From the NCBI GenBank assembly GCA_009914755.4, contig CP068257.2, positions 1,280,001-1,344,000 of the forward strand: DNA of 64,000 nucleotides, written 5' to 3'. Positions 13,217-30,467 of this stretch are shown here, one piece after another. Made by a program: the position numbers and the translations under genes. Origin of the DNA: the human T2T-CHM13v2.0 reference genome, Homo sapiens. The notes below the pieces were generated by a model that worked only from the letters and a program-made list of their open reading frames with translations, made no database searches and was not told the DNA's origin. Position 1 is the first letter of the stretch, and each line of letters begins with the position of its first letter.

Positions 13217-16200
13217 CTCTACATGAAATATCAAAGTTCACAAACTATATATTATATACTATACATAAAATATCAAAGTACCCAAGGTATCTATTCTATA
13301 CTGTACAAAATATATCAAAGTACCCAAAGCATGTATTATATACTGTACATAAAATATGAAAGTACATCAAATATATATTTTATTCTGTACATAAAATGTA
13401 AAAGTACACCAGATATATATTCTATAGTGTACATAAAATAACAAAGTACACAAACTATAAATTATATACTGTACGTAAAATATGAAATTACATCAAATAT
13501 ATATTAGGTACATAAAATATGAAAGTACATCAAATATAGATTATATACTGTACATAAAATATCAAAGTACCCCAAATATATATTATATACTGTATATGAA
13601 ATATCAAAGTTCACAAACTATATATTATATACTGTACATAAAATATCAAAGTACCCAAGATATATATTCTATACTGTACAAAAAATATCAAAGTACCCAA
13701 AGCATGTATTATATACTGTACATAAAATATGAAAGTACATCAAATATATATTTTATTCTGTACATAAAATATCAAAGTACACCAGATATATATTCTATAG
13801 TGTACATAAAATATCAAAGTACCCAAACTATACATTATATACTATACATAAAATATGAAATTACATCAAATATATATTATATTAGGTACATAAAATATGA
13901 AAGCACATCAAATATAGATTATATACTGTACATAAAATATCAAAGTACCCCAAATATATATTATATACTGTATATGAAATATCAAAGTTCACAAACTATA
14001 TATTATATACTGTACATAAAATATCAAAGTACCCAAGATATATATTCTATACTGTACAAAAAATATCAAAGTACCCAAAGCATGTATTATATACTGTACA
14101 TAAAATATGAAAGTACATCAAATATATATTTTATTCTGTACATAAAATATCAAAGTACACCAGATATATATTCTATAGTGTACATAAAATAACAAAGTAC
14201 AGAAACTATAAATTATATACTGTACATAAAACATGAAATTACATCAAATATATATTAGGTACATAAAATATGAAAGTACATCAAATATAGATTATATACT
14301 GTACATAAAATATCAATGTACCCCAAATATATATTTTATACTCTACATGAAATATCAAAGTTCACAAACCATATATTATATACTGTACATAAAATATCAA
14401 AGTACCCAAGGTATATATTCTATACTATACAAAAAATATCAAAGTACCCAAAGCATGTATTATATACTGTACATAAAATATGAAATTATATCAAATATAT
14501 AATTTATTCTGTACACAAAATATCAAAGTACACCAGATATATATTCTATAGTGTACATAAAATATCAAAGTACCCAAACTATACATTATATACTGTACAT
14601 AAAATATGAAATTACATCAAATATATATTAGGTACATAAAATATGAAAGTATATCAAATATAGATTATATACTGTACATATAATATCAATGTACCCCAAA
14701 TATATATTTTATACTCTACATGAAATATCAAAGTTCACAAACCATATATTACATACTGTACATAAAATATCAAAGTACCCAAGGTATATATTCTATACTG
14801 TACAAAAAATATCAAAGTACACAAAGCATGTATTATATACTGTACATAAAATATGAAAGTACATCAAATATATATTTTATTCTGTACATAAAATATGAAA
14901 GTACACCAGATATATATTCTATAGTGTACATAAAATATAAAAGTACCCAAACTATACATTATATACTGTACATAAAATATGAAATTACATCATATATATA
15001 TCATATTAGGTACATAAAATATGAAAGCATATCAAATATAGATTATATACTGTATATTAAATACCAAAGTACCCCAAATATATATTTTATACTGTACATC
15101 CAATATCAAAGTTCACAAACTATATATTATATACTGAACATAAAATATCAAAGTACCCAAGGTATATATTCTATACTGTACAAAAAATATCAAAGTACCC
15201 AAAGCATGTATTATATACTGTACATAAAATATGAAAGTACATCAAATATATATTTTATTCTGTACATAAAACATCAAAGTACACCAGATATATATTCTAT
15301 ACTGTACAAAAAATATCAAAGTACCCAAAGCGTGTATTATATACTGTACATAAAATATGAAAGTACATCAAATATATATTTTATTCTGTACATAAAATAT
15401 CAAAGTACACCAGATATATATTCTATAGTGTACATAAAGTAACAAAGTACACAAACTATAAATTATATACTGTACGTAAAATATGAAATTACATCAAATA
15501 TATATTAGGTACATAAAATATGAAAGTACATCAAATATAGATTATATACTGTACATAAAATATCAATGTACCCCAAATATATATTTTATACTCTACATGA
15601 AATATCAAAGTTCACAAACCATATATTATATACTGTACATAAAATATCAAAGTACCCAAGGTATATATTCTATACTGTACAAAAAATATCAAAGTACCCA
15701 AAGCATGTATTATATACTGTACATAAAATATGAAACTTCATCAAATATATATTTTATTCTGTACAAAAAATATCAAAGTACACCAGACATATTTTCTATA
15801 GTGTACATAAAATATCAAAGTACCCAAAGCATGTATTATATACTGTACATAAAATATGAAAGTACATCAAATATATATTTTATTCTGTACATAAAACATC
15901 AAAGTACACCAGATATATATTCTATAGTGTACATAAAATATCAAAGTACCCAAACTATACATTATATACTGTACATAAAATATGAAATTACATCAAATAT
16001 ATATTATATTAGGTACATAAAATATGAAAGTACATCAAATATAGATTATATACTGTACATAAAATATCAAAGTACCCAAATATATATTATATACTCTACA
16101 TGAAATATCAAAGTTCACAAACTATATATTATATACTGTACATAAAATATCAAAGTACCCAAGGTATATATTCTATACTGTACAAAAAATATCAAAGTAT

Positions 16201-18736
16201 CCAAAGCATGTATTATATACTGTATATAAAATATGAAAGTACATTAAATATATATTTTATTCTGTACATAAAATATCAAAGTACACCAGATATATATTCT
16301 ATAGTGTACATAAAATAACAAAGTACACAAACTATAAATTATATACTGTACATAAAATATGAAATTACATCAAATATATATTAGGTACATAAAATATGAA
16401 AGTACATCAAATATAGATTATATACTGTACATATAATATCAATGTACCCCAAATATATATTTTATACTCTACATGAAATATCAAATTTCACAAACCATAC
16501 ATTATATACTGTAAATAAAATATCAAATTACACAAGGTATATATTCTATACTGTACAAAAAATATGAAAGTACCCAAAGCATGTATTATATACTGTACAT
16601 AAAATATGAAAGTACATCAAATATATATTTTATTCTGTACAAAAAATATCAAAGTACACCAGATATATATTCTATAGTGTACATAAAATAACAAAGTACA
16701 CAAAATATAAATTATATACTGTACATAAAATATGAAATTACATCAAATATATATTAGGTACATAAAATATGAAAGTACATCAAATATAGATTATATACTG
16801 TACATAAAATATCAATGTACCCCAAATATATATTTTATACTCTACATGAAATATCAAAGTTCACAAACCATATATTATATACTGTACATAAAATATCAAA
16901 GTACCCAAGGTATATATTCTATACTGTACAAAAAATATCAAAGTATCCAAAGCACGTATTATATACTGTATATAAAATATGAAATTACATTAAATATATA
17001 TTTTATTCTGTACATAAAATATCAAAGTACACCAGATATATATTCTATAGTGTACATAAAATATCAAAGTAACCAAACTATACATTATATACTGTACAGA
17101 AAATATGAAATTACATCAAATATATATTATATTAGGTACATAAAATATGAAAGTACATCAAATATAGATTCTATACTGTACATAAAATATCAAAGTACCC
17201 CAAATATATATTATATACTCTACATGAAATATCAAAGTTCACAAACTATATATTATATACTGTACATAAAATATCAAAGTACCCAAGGTATATATTCTAT
17301 ACTGTACAAAAAATATCAAAGTATCCAAAGCATGTATTATATACTGTATATAAAATATGAAAGTACATTAAATATATATTTTATTCTGTACATAAAATAT
17401 CAAAGTACACCAGATATATATTCTATAGTGTACATAAAATATCAAAGTACGCAAACTATACATTATATACTGTACATAAAATATGAAATTACATCAAATA
17501 TATATTAGGTACATAAAATATGAAAGTGCATCAAATATAGATTATATACTGTACATAAAATATCAAAGTACCCCAAATATATATTATATACTCTACATGA
17601 AATATCAAAGTTCACAAACTATATATTATAAACTATACATAAAATATCAAGGTACCCAAGGTATATATTCTATACTGTACAAAAAATATCAAAGTACCCA
17701 AAGCATGTATTATATACTGTACATAAAATATGAAAGTACATCAAATATATATTTTACTCTGTACATAAAATATCAAAGTACACCAGATATATATTCTATA
17801 GTGTACATAAAATAACAAAGTACACAAACTATAAATTATATACTGTACATAAAATATGAAATTACATCAAATATATATTAGGTACATAAAATATGAAAGT
17901 ACATCAAATATAGATTATATACTGTACATAAAATATCAATGTACCCCAAATATATATTTTATACTCTACATGAAATATCAAAGTTCACAAACCATATATT
18001 ATATACTGTACATAAAATATCAAAGTACCCAAGGTATGTATTCTATACTATACAAAAAATATCAAAGTACCCAAAGCATGTATTATATACTGTACATAAA
18101 ATATGAAAGTACATCAAATATATATTTTATTCTGTACACAAAATATCAAAGTACACCAGATATATATTTTATAGTGTACATAAAATATCAAAGTACCCAA
18201 ACTATACATTATACACTGTACATAAAATATGAGATTACATCAAATATATATTATATTAGGTACATAAAATATGAAAGTACATCTGATATAGATTATATAC
18301 TGTACATAAAATATCAAAGTACCCCAAATATATATTATATACTCTACATGAAATATCAAAGTTCACAAACTATATATTATATACAGTACATAAAATATCA
18401 AAGTACCCAAGGTATATATTCTATACTGTACAAAAAATATCAAAGTACCCAAAGCATGTATTATATACTGTATATAAAATATGAAAATACATTAAATATA
18501 TATTTTATTCTGTACATGAAATATAAAGGTACACCAGATATATATTCTATAGTGTACATAAAATAACAAAGTACACAAACTATAAATTATATACTGTACG
18601 TAAAATATGAAATTACATCAAATATATATTAGGTACATAAAATATGAAAGTACATCAAATATAGATTATATACTGTACATATAATATCAATGTACCCCAA
18701 ATATATATTTTATACTCTACATGAAATATCAAAGTT
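13217..18736. repeat. Segmental duplication, copy 2 of the 13,216-bp-offset pair
   Basis: See copy 1. The offset is not a multiple of 42 because 373-bp and 378-bp HOR variants are mixed. Confidence 0.8.
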
Positions 18737-20471
18737 CACAAACCATACATTATATACTGTACATAAAAAATCAAAGTACCCAAGGTATATATTCTATAGT
18801 GTACAAAAAATATCAAAGTACCCAAAGCATGTATTATATACTGTACATAAAATATGAAAGTACATCAAATATATATTTTATTCTGTACATAAAATATCAA
18901 AGTCCACCAGATATATATTCTATAGTGTACATAAAATATCAAAGTACCCAAACTATACATTATATACTGTACATAAAATATGAAATTACATCAAATATAT
19001 ATTAGGTACATAAAATATGAAAGTACATCAAATATAGATTATATACTGTACATAAAATATCAAAGTACCCCAAATATATATTATATACTCTACATGAAAT
19101 ATCAAAGTTCACAAACTATATATTATATACTGTACATAAAATATCAAAGTACCCAAGGTATATATTCTATACTGTACAAAAAATATCAAAGTACCCAAAG
19201 CATGTATTATATACTGTACATAAAATATGAAAGTACATCAAATATATATTTTATTCTGTACATAAAATATCAAAGTACACCAGATATATATTCTATAGTG
19301 AACATAAAATAACAAAGTACACAAACGATAAATTATATACTGTACATAAAATATGACATTACATCAAATATATATTAGGTACATAAAATATGAAAGTACA
19401 TCAAATATAGATTATATAATGTACATAAAATATCAATGTACCCCAAATATATATTTTATACTCTACATGAAATATCAAAGTTCACAAACTATATATTATA
19501 TACTGTACATAAAATATCAAAGTACCCAAGGTATATATTCTATACTGTACAAAAGATATCAAAGTACCCAAAGCATGTATTAGATACTGTACATAAAATA
19601 TGAAAGTACATCAAATATATATTTTATTCTGTACATAAAATATCAAAGTACACCAGATATATATTCTACAGTGTACATAAAATATCAAACTACCCAAACT
19701 ATTTATTATATACTGTACATAAAATATGAAATTACATCAAATATATATTAGGTACATAAAATATGAAAGTACATCAAATATAGATTATATACTGTACATA
19801 AAATATCAATGTACCCCAAATATATATTTTATACTCTACATGAAATATCAAAGTTCACAAACCATATATTATATACTGTACATAAAATATCAAAGTACCC
19901 AAGGTATATATTCTATACTGTACAAAAAATATCAAAGTACCAAAAGCATGTATTATATACTGTACCTAAAATATGACAGTACATCAAATATATATTTTAC
20001 TCTGTACATAAAATATCAAAGTACTCCAGATATATATTCTATAGTGTACATAAAATATCAAAGTACCCAAACTATACATTATATACTGTACATAAAATAT
20101 GAAATTACATCAAATATATATTAGGTACATAAAATATGAAAGTACATCAAATATAGATTATATACTGTACATAAAATATCAATGTACCCCAAATATATAT
20201 TTTATACTCTACATGAAATATCAAAGTTCACAAACCATATATTGTATACTGTACATAAAATATCAAAGTACCCAAGGTATGTATTCTATACTGTACAAAA
20301 AATATCAAAGTACCCAAAGCATGTATTATATACTGTACATAAAATATGAAAGTACATCAAATATATATTTTATTCTGTACATAAAATATCAAGGTACACC
20401 AGATATATATTCTATAGTGTACATAAAATAGCAAAGTACACAAACTATAAATTTTATACTGTACATAAAAT
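15483..20471. repeat. ~4,989-bp super-repeat (about 13 HORs), tandem copy a
   Basis: The ORF-track series 15483, 16100, 16732, 17483, 17856, 18721, 18980, 19353, 19726, 20099 recurs at +4,989 as 20472, 21089, 21721, 22472, 22845, 23710, 23969, 24342, 24715, 25088 with about 1-2% divergence. Example: 15483-15572 vs 20472-20561 differ at 2 positions. Confidence 0.8.
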
Positions 20472-23400
20472 ATGAAATTACATCAAATATATATTAGGTA
20501 CATAAAATTTGAAAGTACATCAAATATAGATTATATACTGTACAGAAAATATCAATGTACCCCAAATATATATTTTATACTCTACATGAAATATCAAAGT
20601 TCACAAACCATATATTATATACTGTACATAAAATATCAAAGTACCCAAGGTATATATTCTATACTGTACAAAAAATATCAAAGTACCCAAAGCATGTATT
20701 ATATACTGTACATAAAATATGAAACTTCATCAAATATATATTTTATTCTGTACAAAAAATATCAAAGTACACCAGACATATTTTCTATAGTGTACATAAA
20801 ATATCAAAGTACCCAAAGCATGTATTATATACTGTACATAAAATATGAAAGTACATCAAATATATATTTTATTCTGTACATAAAACATCAAAGTACACCA
20901 GATATATATTCTATAGTGTACATAAAATATCAAAGTACCCAAACTATACATTATATACTGTACATAAAATATGAAATTACATCAAATATATATTATATTA
21001 GGTACATAAAATATGAAAGTACATCAAATATAGATTATATACTGTACATAAAATATCAAAGTACCCAAATATATATTATATACTCTACATGAAATATCAA
21101 AGTTCACAAACTATATATTATATACTGTACATAAAATATCAAAGTACCCAAGGTATATATTCTATACTGTACAAAAAATATCAAAGTATCCAAAGCATGT
21201 ATTATATACTGTATATAAAATATGAAAGTACATTAAATATATATTTTATTCTGTACATAAAATATCAAAGTACACCAGATATATATTCTATAGTGTACAT
21301 AAAATAACAAAGTACACAAACTATAAATTATATACTGTACATAAAATATGAAATTACATCAAATATATATTAGGTACATAAAATATGAAAGTACATCAAA
21401 TATAGATTATATACTGTACATATAATATCAATGTACCCCAAATATATATTTTATACTCTACATGAAATATCAAATTTCACAAACCATACATTATATACTG
21501 TAAATAAAATATCAAATTACACAAGGTATATATTCTATACTGTACAAAAAATATGAAAGTACCCAAAGCATGTATTATATACTGTACATAAAATATGAAA
21601 GTACATCAAATATATATTTTATTCTGTACAAAAAATATCAAAGTACACCAGATATATATTCTATAGTGTACATAAAATAACAAAGTACACAAAATATAAA
21701 TTATATACTGTACATAAAATATGAAATTACATCAAATATATATTAGGTACATAAAATATGAAAGTACATCAAATATAGATTATATACTGTACATAAAATA
21801 TCAATGTACCCCAAATATATATTTTATACTCTACATGAAATATCAAAGTTCACAAACCATATATTATATACTGTACATAAAATATCAAAGTACCCAAGGT
21901 ATATATTCTATACTGTACAAAAAATATCAAAGTATCCAAAGCACGTATTATATACTGTATATAAAATATGAAATTACATTAAATATATATTTTATTCTGT
22001 ACATAAAACATCAAAGTACACCAGATATATATTCTATAGTGTACATAAAATATCAAAGTAACCAAACTATACATTATATACTGTACAGAAAATATGAAAT
22101 TACATCAAATATATATTATATTAGGTACATAAAATATGAAAGTACATCAAATATAGATTCTATACTGTACATAAAATATCAAAGTACCCCAAATATATAT
22201 TATATACTCTACATGAAATATCAAAGTTCACAAACTATATATTATATACTGTACATAAAATATCAAAGTACCCAAGGTATATATTCTATACTGTACAAAA
22301 AATATCAAAGTATCCAAAGCATGTATTATATACTGTATATAAAATATGAAAGTACATTAAATATATATTTTATTCTGTACATAAAATATCAAAGTACACC
22401 AGATATATATTCTATAGTGTACATAAAATATCAAAGTACGCAAACTATACATTATATACTGTACATAAAATATGAAATTACATCAAATATATATTAGGTA
22501 CATAAAATATGAAAGTGCATCAAATATAGATTATATACTGTACATAAAATATCAAAGTACCCCAAATATATATTATATACTCTACATGAAATATCAAAGT
22601 TCACAAACTATATATTATAAACTATACATAAAATATCAAGGTACCCAAGGTATATATTCTATACTGTACAAAAAATATCAAAGTACCCAAAGCATGTATT
22701 ATATACTGTACATAAAATATGAAAGTACATCAAATATATATTTTACTCTGTACATAAAATATCAAAGTACACCAGATATATATTCTATAGTGTACATAAA
22801 ATAACAAAGTACACAAACTATAAATTATATACTGTACATAAAATATGAAATTACATCAAATATATATTAGGTACATAAAATATGAAAGTACATCAAATAT
22901 AGATTATATACTGTACATAAAATATCAATGTACCCCAAATATATATTTTATACTCTACATGAAATATCAAAGTTCACAAACCATATATTATATACTGTAC
23001 ATAAAATATCAAAGTACCCAAGGTATGTATTCTATACTATACAAAAAATATCAAAGTACCCAAAGCATGTATTATATACTGTACATAAAATATGAAAGTA
23101 CATCAAATATATATTTTATTCTGTACACAAAATATCAAAGTACACCAGATATATATTTTATAGTGTACATAAAATATCAAAGTACCCAAACTATACATTA
23201 TACACTGTACATAAAATATGAGATTACATCAAATATATATTATATTAGGTACATAAAATATGAAAGTACATCTGATATAGATTATATACTGTACATAAAA
23301 TATCAAAGTACCCCAAATATATATTATATACTCTACATGAAATATCAAAGTTCACAAACTATATATTATATACAGTACATAAAATATCAAAGTACCCAAG

Positions 23401-25460
23401 GTATATATTCTATACTGTACAAAAAATATCAAAGTACCCAAAGCATGTATTATATACTGTATATAAAATATGAAAATACATTAAATATATATTTTATTCT
23501 GTACATGAAATATAAAGGTACACCAGATATATATTCTATAGTGTACATAAAATAACAAAGTACACAAACTATAAATTATATACTGTACGTAAAATATGAA
23601 ATTACATCAAATATATATTAGGTACATAAAATATGAAAGTACATCAAATATAGATTATATACTGTACATATAATATCAATGTACCCCAAATATATATTTT
23701 ATACTCTACATGAAATATCAAAGTTCACAAACCATACATTATATACTGTACATAAAAAATCAAAGTACCCAAGGTATATATTCTATAGTGTACAAAAAAT
23801 ATCAAAGTACCCAAAGCATGTATTATATACTGTACATAAAATATGAAAGTACATCAAATATATATTTTATTCTGTACATAAAATATCAAAGTCCACCAGA
23901 TATATATTCTATAGTGTACATAAAATATCAAAGTACCCAAACTATACATTATATACTGTACATAAAATATGAAATTACATCAAATATATATTAGGTACAT
24001 AAAATATGAAAGTACATCAAATATAGATTATATACTGTACATAAAATATCAAAGTACCCCAAATATATATTATATACTCTACATGAAATATCAAAGTTCA
24101 CAAACTATATATTATATACTGTACATAAAATATCAAAGTACCCAAGGTATATACTCTATACTGTAAAAAAAATATCAAAGTACCCAAAGCATGTATTATA
24201 TACTGTACATAAAATATGAAAGTACATCAAATATATATTTTATTCTGTACATAAAATATCAAAGTACACCAGATATATATTCTATAGTGAACATAAAATA
24301 ACAAAGTACACAAACGATAAATTATATACTGTACATAAAATATGACATTACATCAAATATATATTAGGTACATAAAATATGAAAGTACATCAAATATAGA
24401 TTATATAATGTACATAAAATATCAATGTACCCCAAATATATATTTTATACTCTACATGAAATATCAAAGTTCACAAACTATATATTATATACTGTACATA
24501 AAATATCAAAGTACCCAAGGTATATATTCTATACTGTACAAAAGATATCAAAGTACCCAAAGCATGTATTAGATACTGTACATAAAATATGAAAGTACAT
24601 CAAATATATATTTTATTCTGTACATAAAATATCAAAGTACACCAGATATATATTCTACAGTGTACATAAAATATCAAACTACCCAAACTATTTATTATAT
24701 ACTGGACATAAAATATGAAATTACATCAAATATATATTAGGTACATAAAATATGAAAGTACATCAAATATAGATTATATACTGTACATAAAATATCAATG
24801 TACCCCAAATATATATTTTATACTCTACATGAAATATCAAAGTTCACAAACCATATATTATATACTGTACATAAAATATCAAAGTACCCAAGGTATATAT
24901 TCTATACTGTACAAAAAATATCAAAGTACCAAAAGCATGTATTATATACTGTACCTAAAATATGACAGTACATCAAATATATATTTTACTCTGTACATAA
25001 AATATCAAAGTACTCCAGATATATATTCTATAGTGTACATAAAATATCAAAGTACCCAAACTATACATTATATACTGTACATAAAATATGAAATTACATC
25101 AAATATATATTAGGTACATAAAATATGAAAGTACATCAAATATAGATTATATACTGTACATAAAATATCAATGTACCCCAAATATATATTTTATACTCTA
25201 CATGAAATATCAAAGTTCACAAACCATATATTGTATACTGTACATAAAATATCAAAGTACCCAAGGTATGTATTCTATACTGTACAAAAAATATCAAAGT
25301 ACCCAAAGCATGTATTATATACTGTACATAAAATATGAAAGTACATCAAATATATATTTTATTCTGTACATAAAATATCAAGGTACACCAGATATATATT
25401 CTATAGTGTACATAAAATAGCAAAGTACACAAACTATAAATTTTATACTGTACATAAAAT
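20472..25460. repeat. ~4,989-bp super-repeat, tandem copy b
   Basis: See copy a. Confidence 0.8.
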
Positions 25461-27100
25461 ATGAAATTACATCAAATATATATTAGGTACATAAAATTTG
25501 AAAGTACATCAAATATAGATTATATACTGTACAGAAAATATCAATGTACCCCAAATATATATTTTATACTCTACATGAAATATCAAAGTTCACAAACCAT
25601 ATATTATATACTGTACATAAAATATCAAAGTACCCAAAGTATATATTCTATACTGTACAAAAAATATCAAAGTACCCAAAGCATGTATTATATACTGTAC
25701 ATAAAATATGAAACTTCGTCAAATATATATTTTATTCTGTACAAAAAATATCAAAGTACACCAGACATATTTTCTATAGTGTACATAAAATATCAAAGTA
25801 CCCAAAGCATGTATTATATACTGTACATAAAATATGAAAGTACATCAAATATATATTCTATTCTGTGCATAAAATATCAAAGTACACCAGATATATATTC
25901 TATAGTGTACATAAAATATCAAAAGTACCCAAACTATACATTATATACTGTACATAAAATATGAAATTACTTCAAATATATATTATATTAGGTACATAAA
26001 ATATGAAAGTACATCAAATATAGATTATATACTGTACATTAAATACCAAAGTACCCCAAATATATATTTTATACTGTACATGAAATATCAAAGTTCACAC
26101 ACTATATATTATATACTGTACATAAAATATCAAAGTACCCAAGCTATATATTCTATACTGTACAAAAAATATCAAAGTACCCAAAGCATGTATTATATAC
26201 TGTACATAAAATATGAAAGTACATCAAATATATATTATACTCTGTACATAAAATATCAAAGTACACCAGATATATATTCTATAGTGTACATAAAATATCA
26301 AAGTACCCAAACTATACATTATATACTGTACTTAAAATATGAGATTACATCAAATATATATTATATTAGCTACATAAAATATGAAAGTACATCAGATATA
26401 GATTATATACTGTACATAAAATATCAAAGTACCCCAAATATATATTATATACTCTACATGAAATATCAAAGTTCACAAACTACATATTATATACTGTACA
26501 TAAAATATCAAAGTACCCAAGGTATATATTCTATACTGTACAAAAAATATCAAAGTACCCAAAGCATGTATTATATACTGTATACAAAATATGAAAATAC
26601 ATTAAATATATATTTTATTCTGTACATAAAATATCAAAGTACACCAGATATGTATTCTATAGTGTACATAAAATAACAAAGTACACAAACTATAAATTAT
26701 ATACTGTACATAAAATATGAAATTACATCAAATATATATTAGGTACATAAAATATGAAAGTACATCAAATATAGATTATATACTGTACATATAATATCAA
26801 AGTACCCCAAATATATATTTTATACTCTACATGAAATATCAAAGTTCACAAACCATACATTATATACTGTACATAAAATATCAAAGTACCCAAGGTATAT
26901 ATTCTATACTGTACAAAAAATATCAAAGTACCCAAAGCATGTATTATATACTGTACATAAAATATGAAAGTACATCAAATATATATTTTATTCTGTACAT
27001 AAAATATCAAAGTACACCAGATATATATTCTATAGTGTACATAAAATATCAAAGTACCCAAACTATACATTATATACTGTACATATAATATGAAATTACA
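24342..27100. repeat. 9,970-bp-offset duplicated block (paired with 34307-37085); implies the ~5-kb unit is effectively a ~10-kb dimer
   Basis: ORF pairs 25088/35058, 25461/35431, 26080/36050 and 26831/36801 are all offset by 9,970. 24342/34307 is offset by 9,965 (a 5-bp indel). Confidence 0.6.
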
Positions 27101-30100
27101 TCAAATATATATTATATTAGGTACATAAAATATGAAAGCACATCAAATATAGATTATATACTGTACATTAAATACCAAAGTACCCCAAATATATATTTTA
27201 TACTGTACATCAAATATCAAAGTTCACAAACTATATATTATATACTGTACATAAAATATCAAAGTACCCAAGGTATATATTCTATACTGTACAAAAAATA
27301 TCAAAGTACCCAAAGCATGTATTATATACTGTACATAAAATATGAAAGTACATCAAATATATATTTTATTCTGTACATAAAACATCAAAGTACACCAGAT
27401 ATATATTCTATAGTGTACATAAAATATCAAAGTACCCAAACTATACATTATACACTGTACATAAAATATGAGATTACATCAAATATATATTATATTAGGT
27501 ACATAAAATATGAAAGTACATTTGATATAGATTATATACTGTACATAAAATATCAAAGTACCCCAAATATATATTATATACTCTACATGAAATATCAAAG
27601 TTCACAAACTATATATTATATACTGTACATAAAATAAAGTACCCAAGGTATATATTCTATACTGTACAAAAAATATCAAAGTACACAAAGCATGTATTAT
27701 ATACTGTACATAAAATATGAAAGTACATCAAATATATATTTTATTCTGTACATAAAATATCAAAGTACACCAGATATATATTCTATAGTGTACATAAAAT
27801 AACAAAGTACACAAACCATAAATTATATACTGAACATAAAATATGACATTACATCAAATATATATTAGGTACATAAAATATGAAAGTACATCAAATATAG
27901 ATTATATACTGTACATAAAATATCAATGTACCCCAAATATATATTTTATACTCTACATGAAATATCAAAGTTCACAAACTATATATTATATACTGTACAT
28001 AAAATATCAAAGTACCCAAGGTATATATTCTATACTGTACAAAAGATATCAAAGTACCCAAAGCACGTATTATATACTGTACAAAAAATATGAAAGTACA
28101 TCAAATATATATTTTATTCTGTACATAAAATATCAAAGTACACCAGATATATATTCTATAGTGTACATAAAATATCAAACTACCCAAACTATTTATTATA
28201 TACTGTACATAAAATTTGAAATTACATCAAATATATATTATATTAGGTACATAAAATATGAAAGTACATCAAATATAGATTATATACTGTACACTAAAAA
28301 CCAAAGTACCCCAAATATATATTTTATACTGTACATGAAATATCAAAGTTCACAAACTATATGTTATATACTGTACATAAAATATCAAAGTACCCAAGGT
28401 ATGTATTCTATACTGTACAAAAAATATCAAAGTACCCAAAGCATGTATTATATACTGTACATAAAATATGAAAGTACATCAAATATATATTTTATTCTGT
28501 ACATAAAATATCAAGGTACACCAGATATATATTCTATAGTGTACATAAAATAGCAAAGTACACAAACTATAAATTATATACTGTACATAAAATATGAAAT
28601 TACATCAAATATATATTAGGTACATAAAATATGAAAGTACATCAAATATAGATTATATACTGTACATAAAATATCAATGTACCCCAAATATATATTTTAT
28701 ACTCTACATGAAATATCAAAGTTCACAAACCATATATTGTATACTGTACATAAAATATCAAAGTACCCAAGGTATGTATTCTATACTGTACAAAAAATAT
28801 CAAAGTACCCAAAGCATGTATTATATACTGTACATAAAATATGAAAGTACATCAAATATATATTTTATTCTGTACATAAAACATCAAAGTACACCAGATA
28901 TATATTCTATAGTGTACATAAAATATCAAAGTACCCAAACTATACATTATATACTGTACATAAAATATGAAATTACATCAAATATATATTATATTAGGTA
29001 CATAAAATATGAAAGTACATCAAATATAGATTATATACTGTACATAAAATACCAAAGTACCCCAAATATATATTATATACTCTACATGAAATATCAAATT
29101 TCACAAACTATATATTATATACTGTACATAAAATATCAAAGTACCCAAGGTATATATTCTATACTGTACAAAAAATATCAAAGTATCCAAACATGTATTA
29201 TATACTGTATATAAAATATGAAAGTACATTAAATATATATTTTATTCTGTACATAAAATATCAAAGTACACCAGATATATATTCTATAGTGTACATAAAA
29301 TAACAAAGTACACAAACTATAAATTATATACTGTACATAAAATATGAAATTTCATCAAATATATATTAGGTACATAAAATATGACAGTACATCAAATATA
29401 GATTATATACTGTACATAAAATATCAATGTACCCCAAATATATATTTTATACTCTACATGAAATATCAAAGTTCACAAACCATATATTATATACTGTACA
29501 TAAAATATCAAAGTACCCAAGGTATATATTCTATACTATACAAAAAATATCAAAGTACCCAAAGCATGTATTATATACTGTACATAAAATATGAAAGTAC
29601 ATCAAATATATATTTTATTCTGTACACAAAATATCAAAGTACACCACATATATATTCTATAGTGTACATAAAATATCAAAGTACCCAAACTATACATTAT
29701 ACACTGTACATAAAATATGAGATTACATCAAATATATATTATATTAGGTACATAAAATATGAAAGTACATCTGATATAGATTATATACTGTACATAAAAT
29801 ATCAAAGTACCCCAAATATATATTATATACTCTACATGAAATATCAAAGTTCACAAACTATATATTATATACTGTACATAAAATATCAAAGTACCCAAGG
29901 TATATATTCTATACTGTACAAAAAATATCAAAGTACCCAAAGCATGTATTATATGCTGTACATAAAATATGAAAGTACATCAAATATATATTTTATTCTG
30001 TACATAAAATATCAAAGTACACCAGATATATATTCTATAGTGTACATAAAATAACAAAGTACACAAACTATAAATTATATACTGTACATAAAATATGACA

Positions 30101-30467
30101 TTACATCAAATATATATTAGGTACATAAAATATGAAAGCACATCAAATATAGATTATATACTGTACATTAAATACCAAAGTAACACAAATATATATTTTA
30201 TACTGTACATCAAATATCAAAGTTCACAAGCTATATATTATATACTGTACATAAAATATCAAAGTACCCAAGGTATATATTCTATACTGTACAAAAAATA
30301 TCAAAGTACCCAAAGCATGTATTATATACTGTACATAAAATATGAAAGTACATCAAATATATATTTTATTCTGTACATAAAATATCAAAGTACACCAGAT
30401 ATATATTCTATAGTGTACATATAATAACAAAGTACACAAACTATAAATTATATACTGTACATAAAAT
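25461..30467. repeat. ~5.0-kb super-repeat, copy c (5,007 bp; same start motif, diverged interior)
   Basis: 25461, 30468 and 35431 all begin a 167-aa ORF ending in the distinctive frameshifted tail QKYPNYTLYTVHKI. That tail is caused by a 1-bp insertion (atatcaaaagtaccc) near 25925, 30930 and 35890. The interior ORF arrangement differs from copies a and b. Confidence 0.55.
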
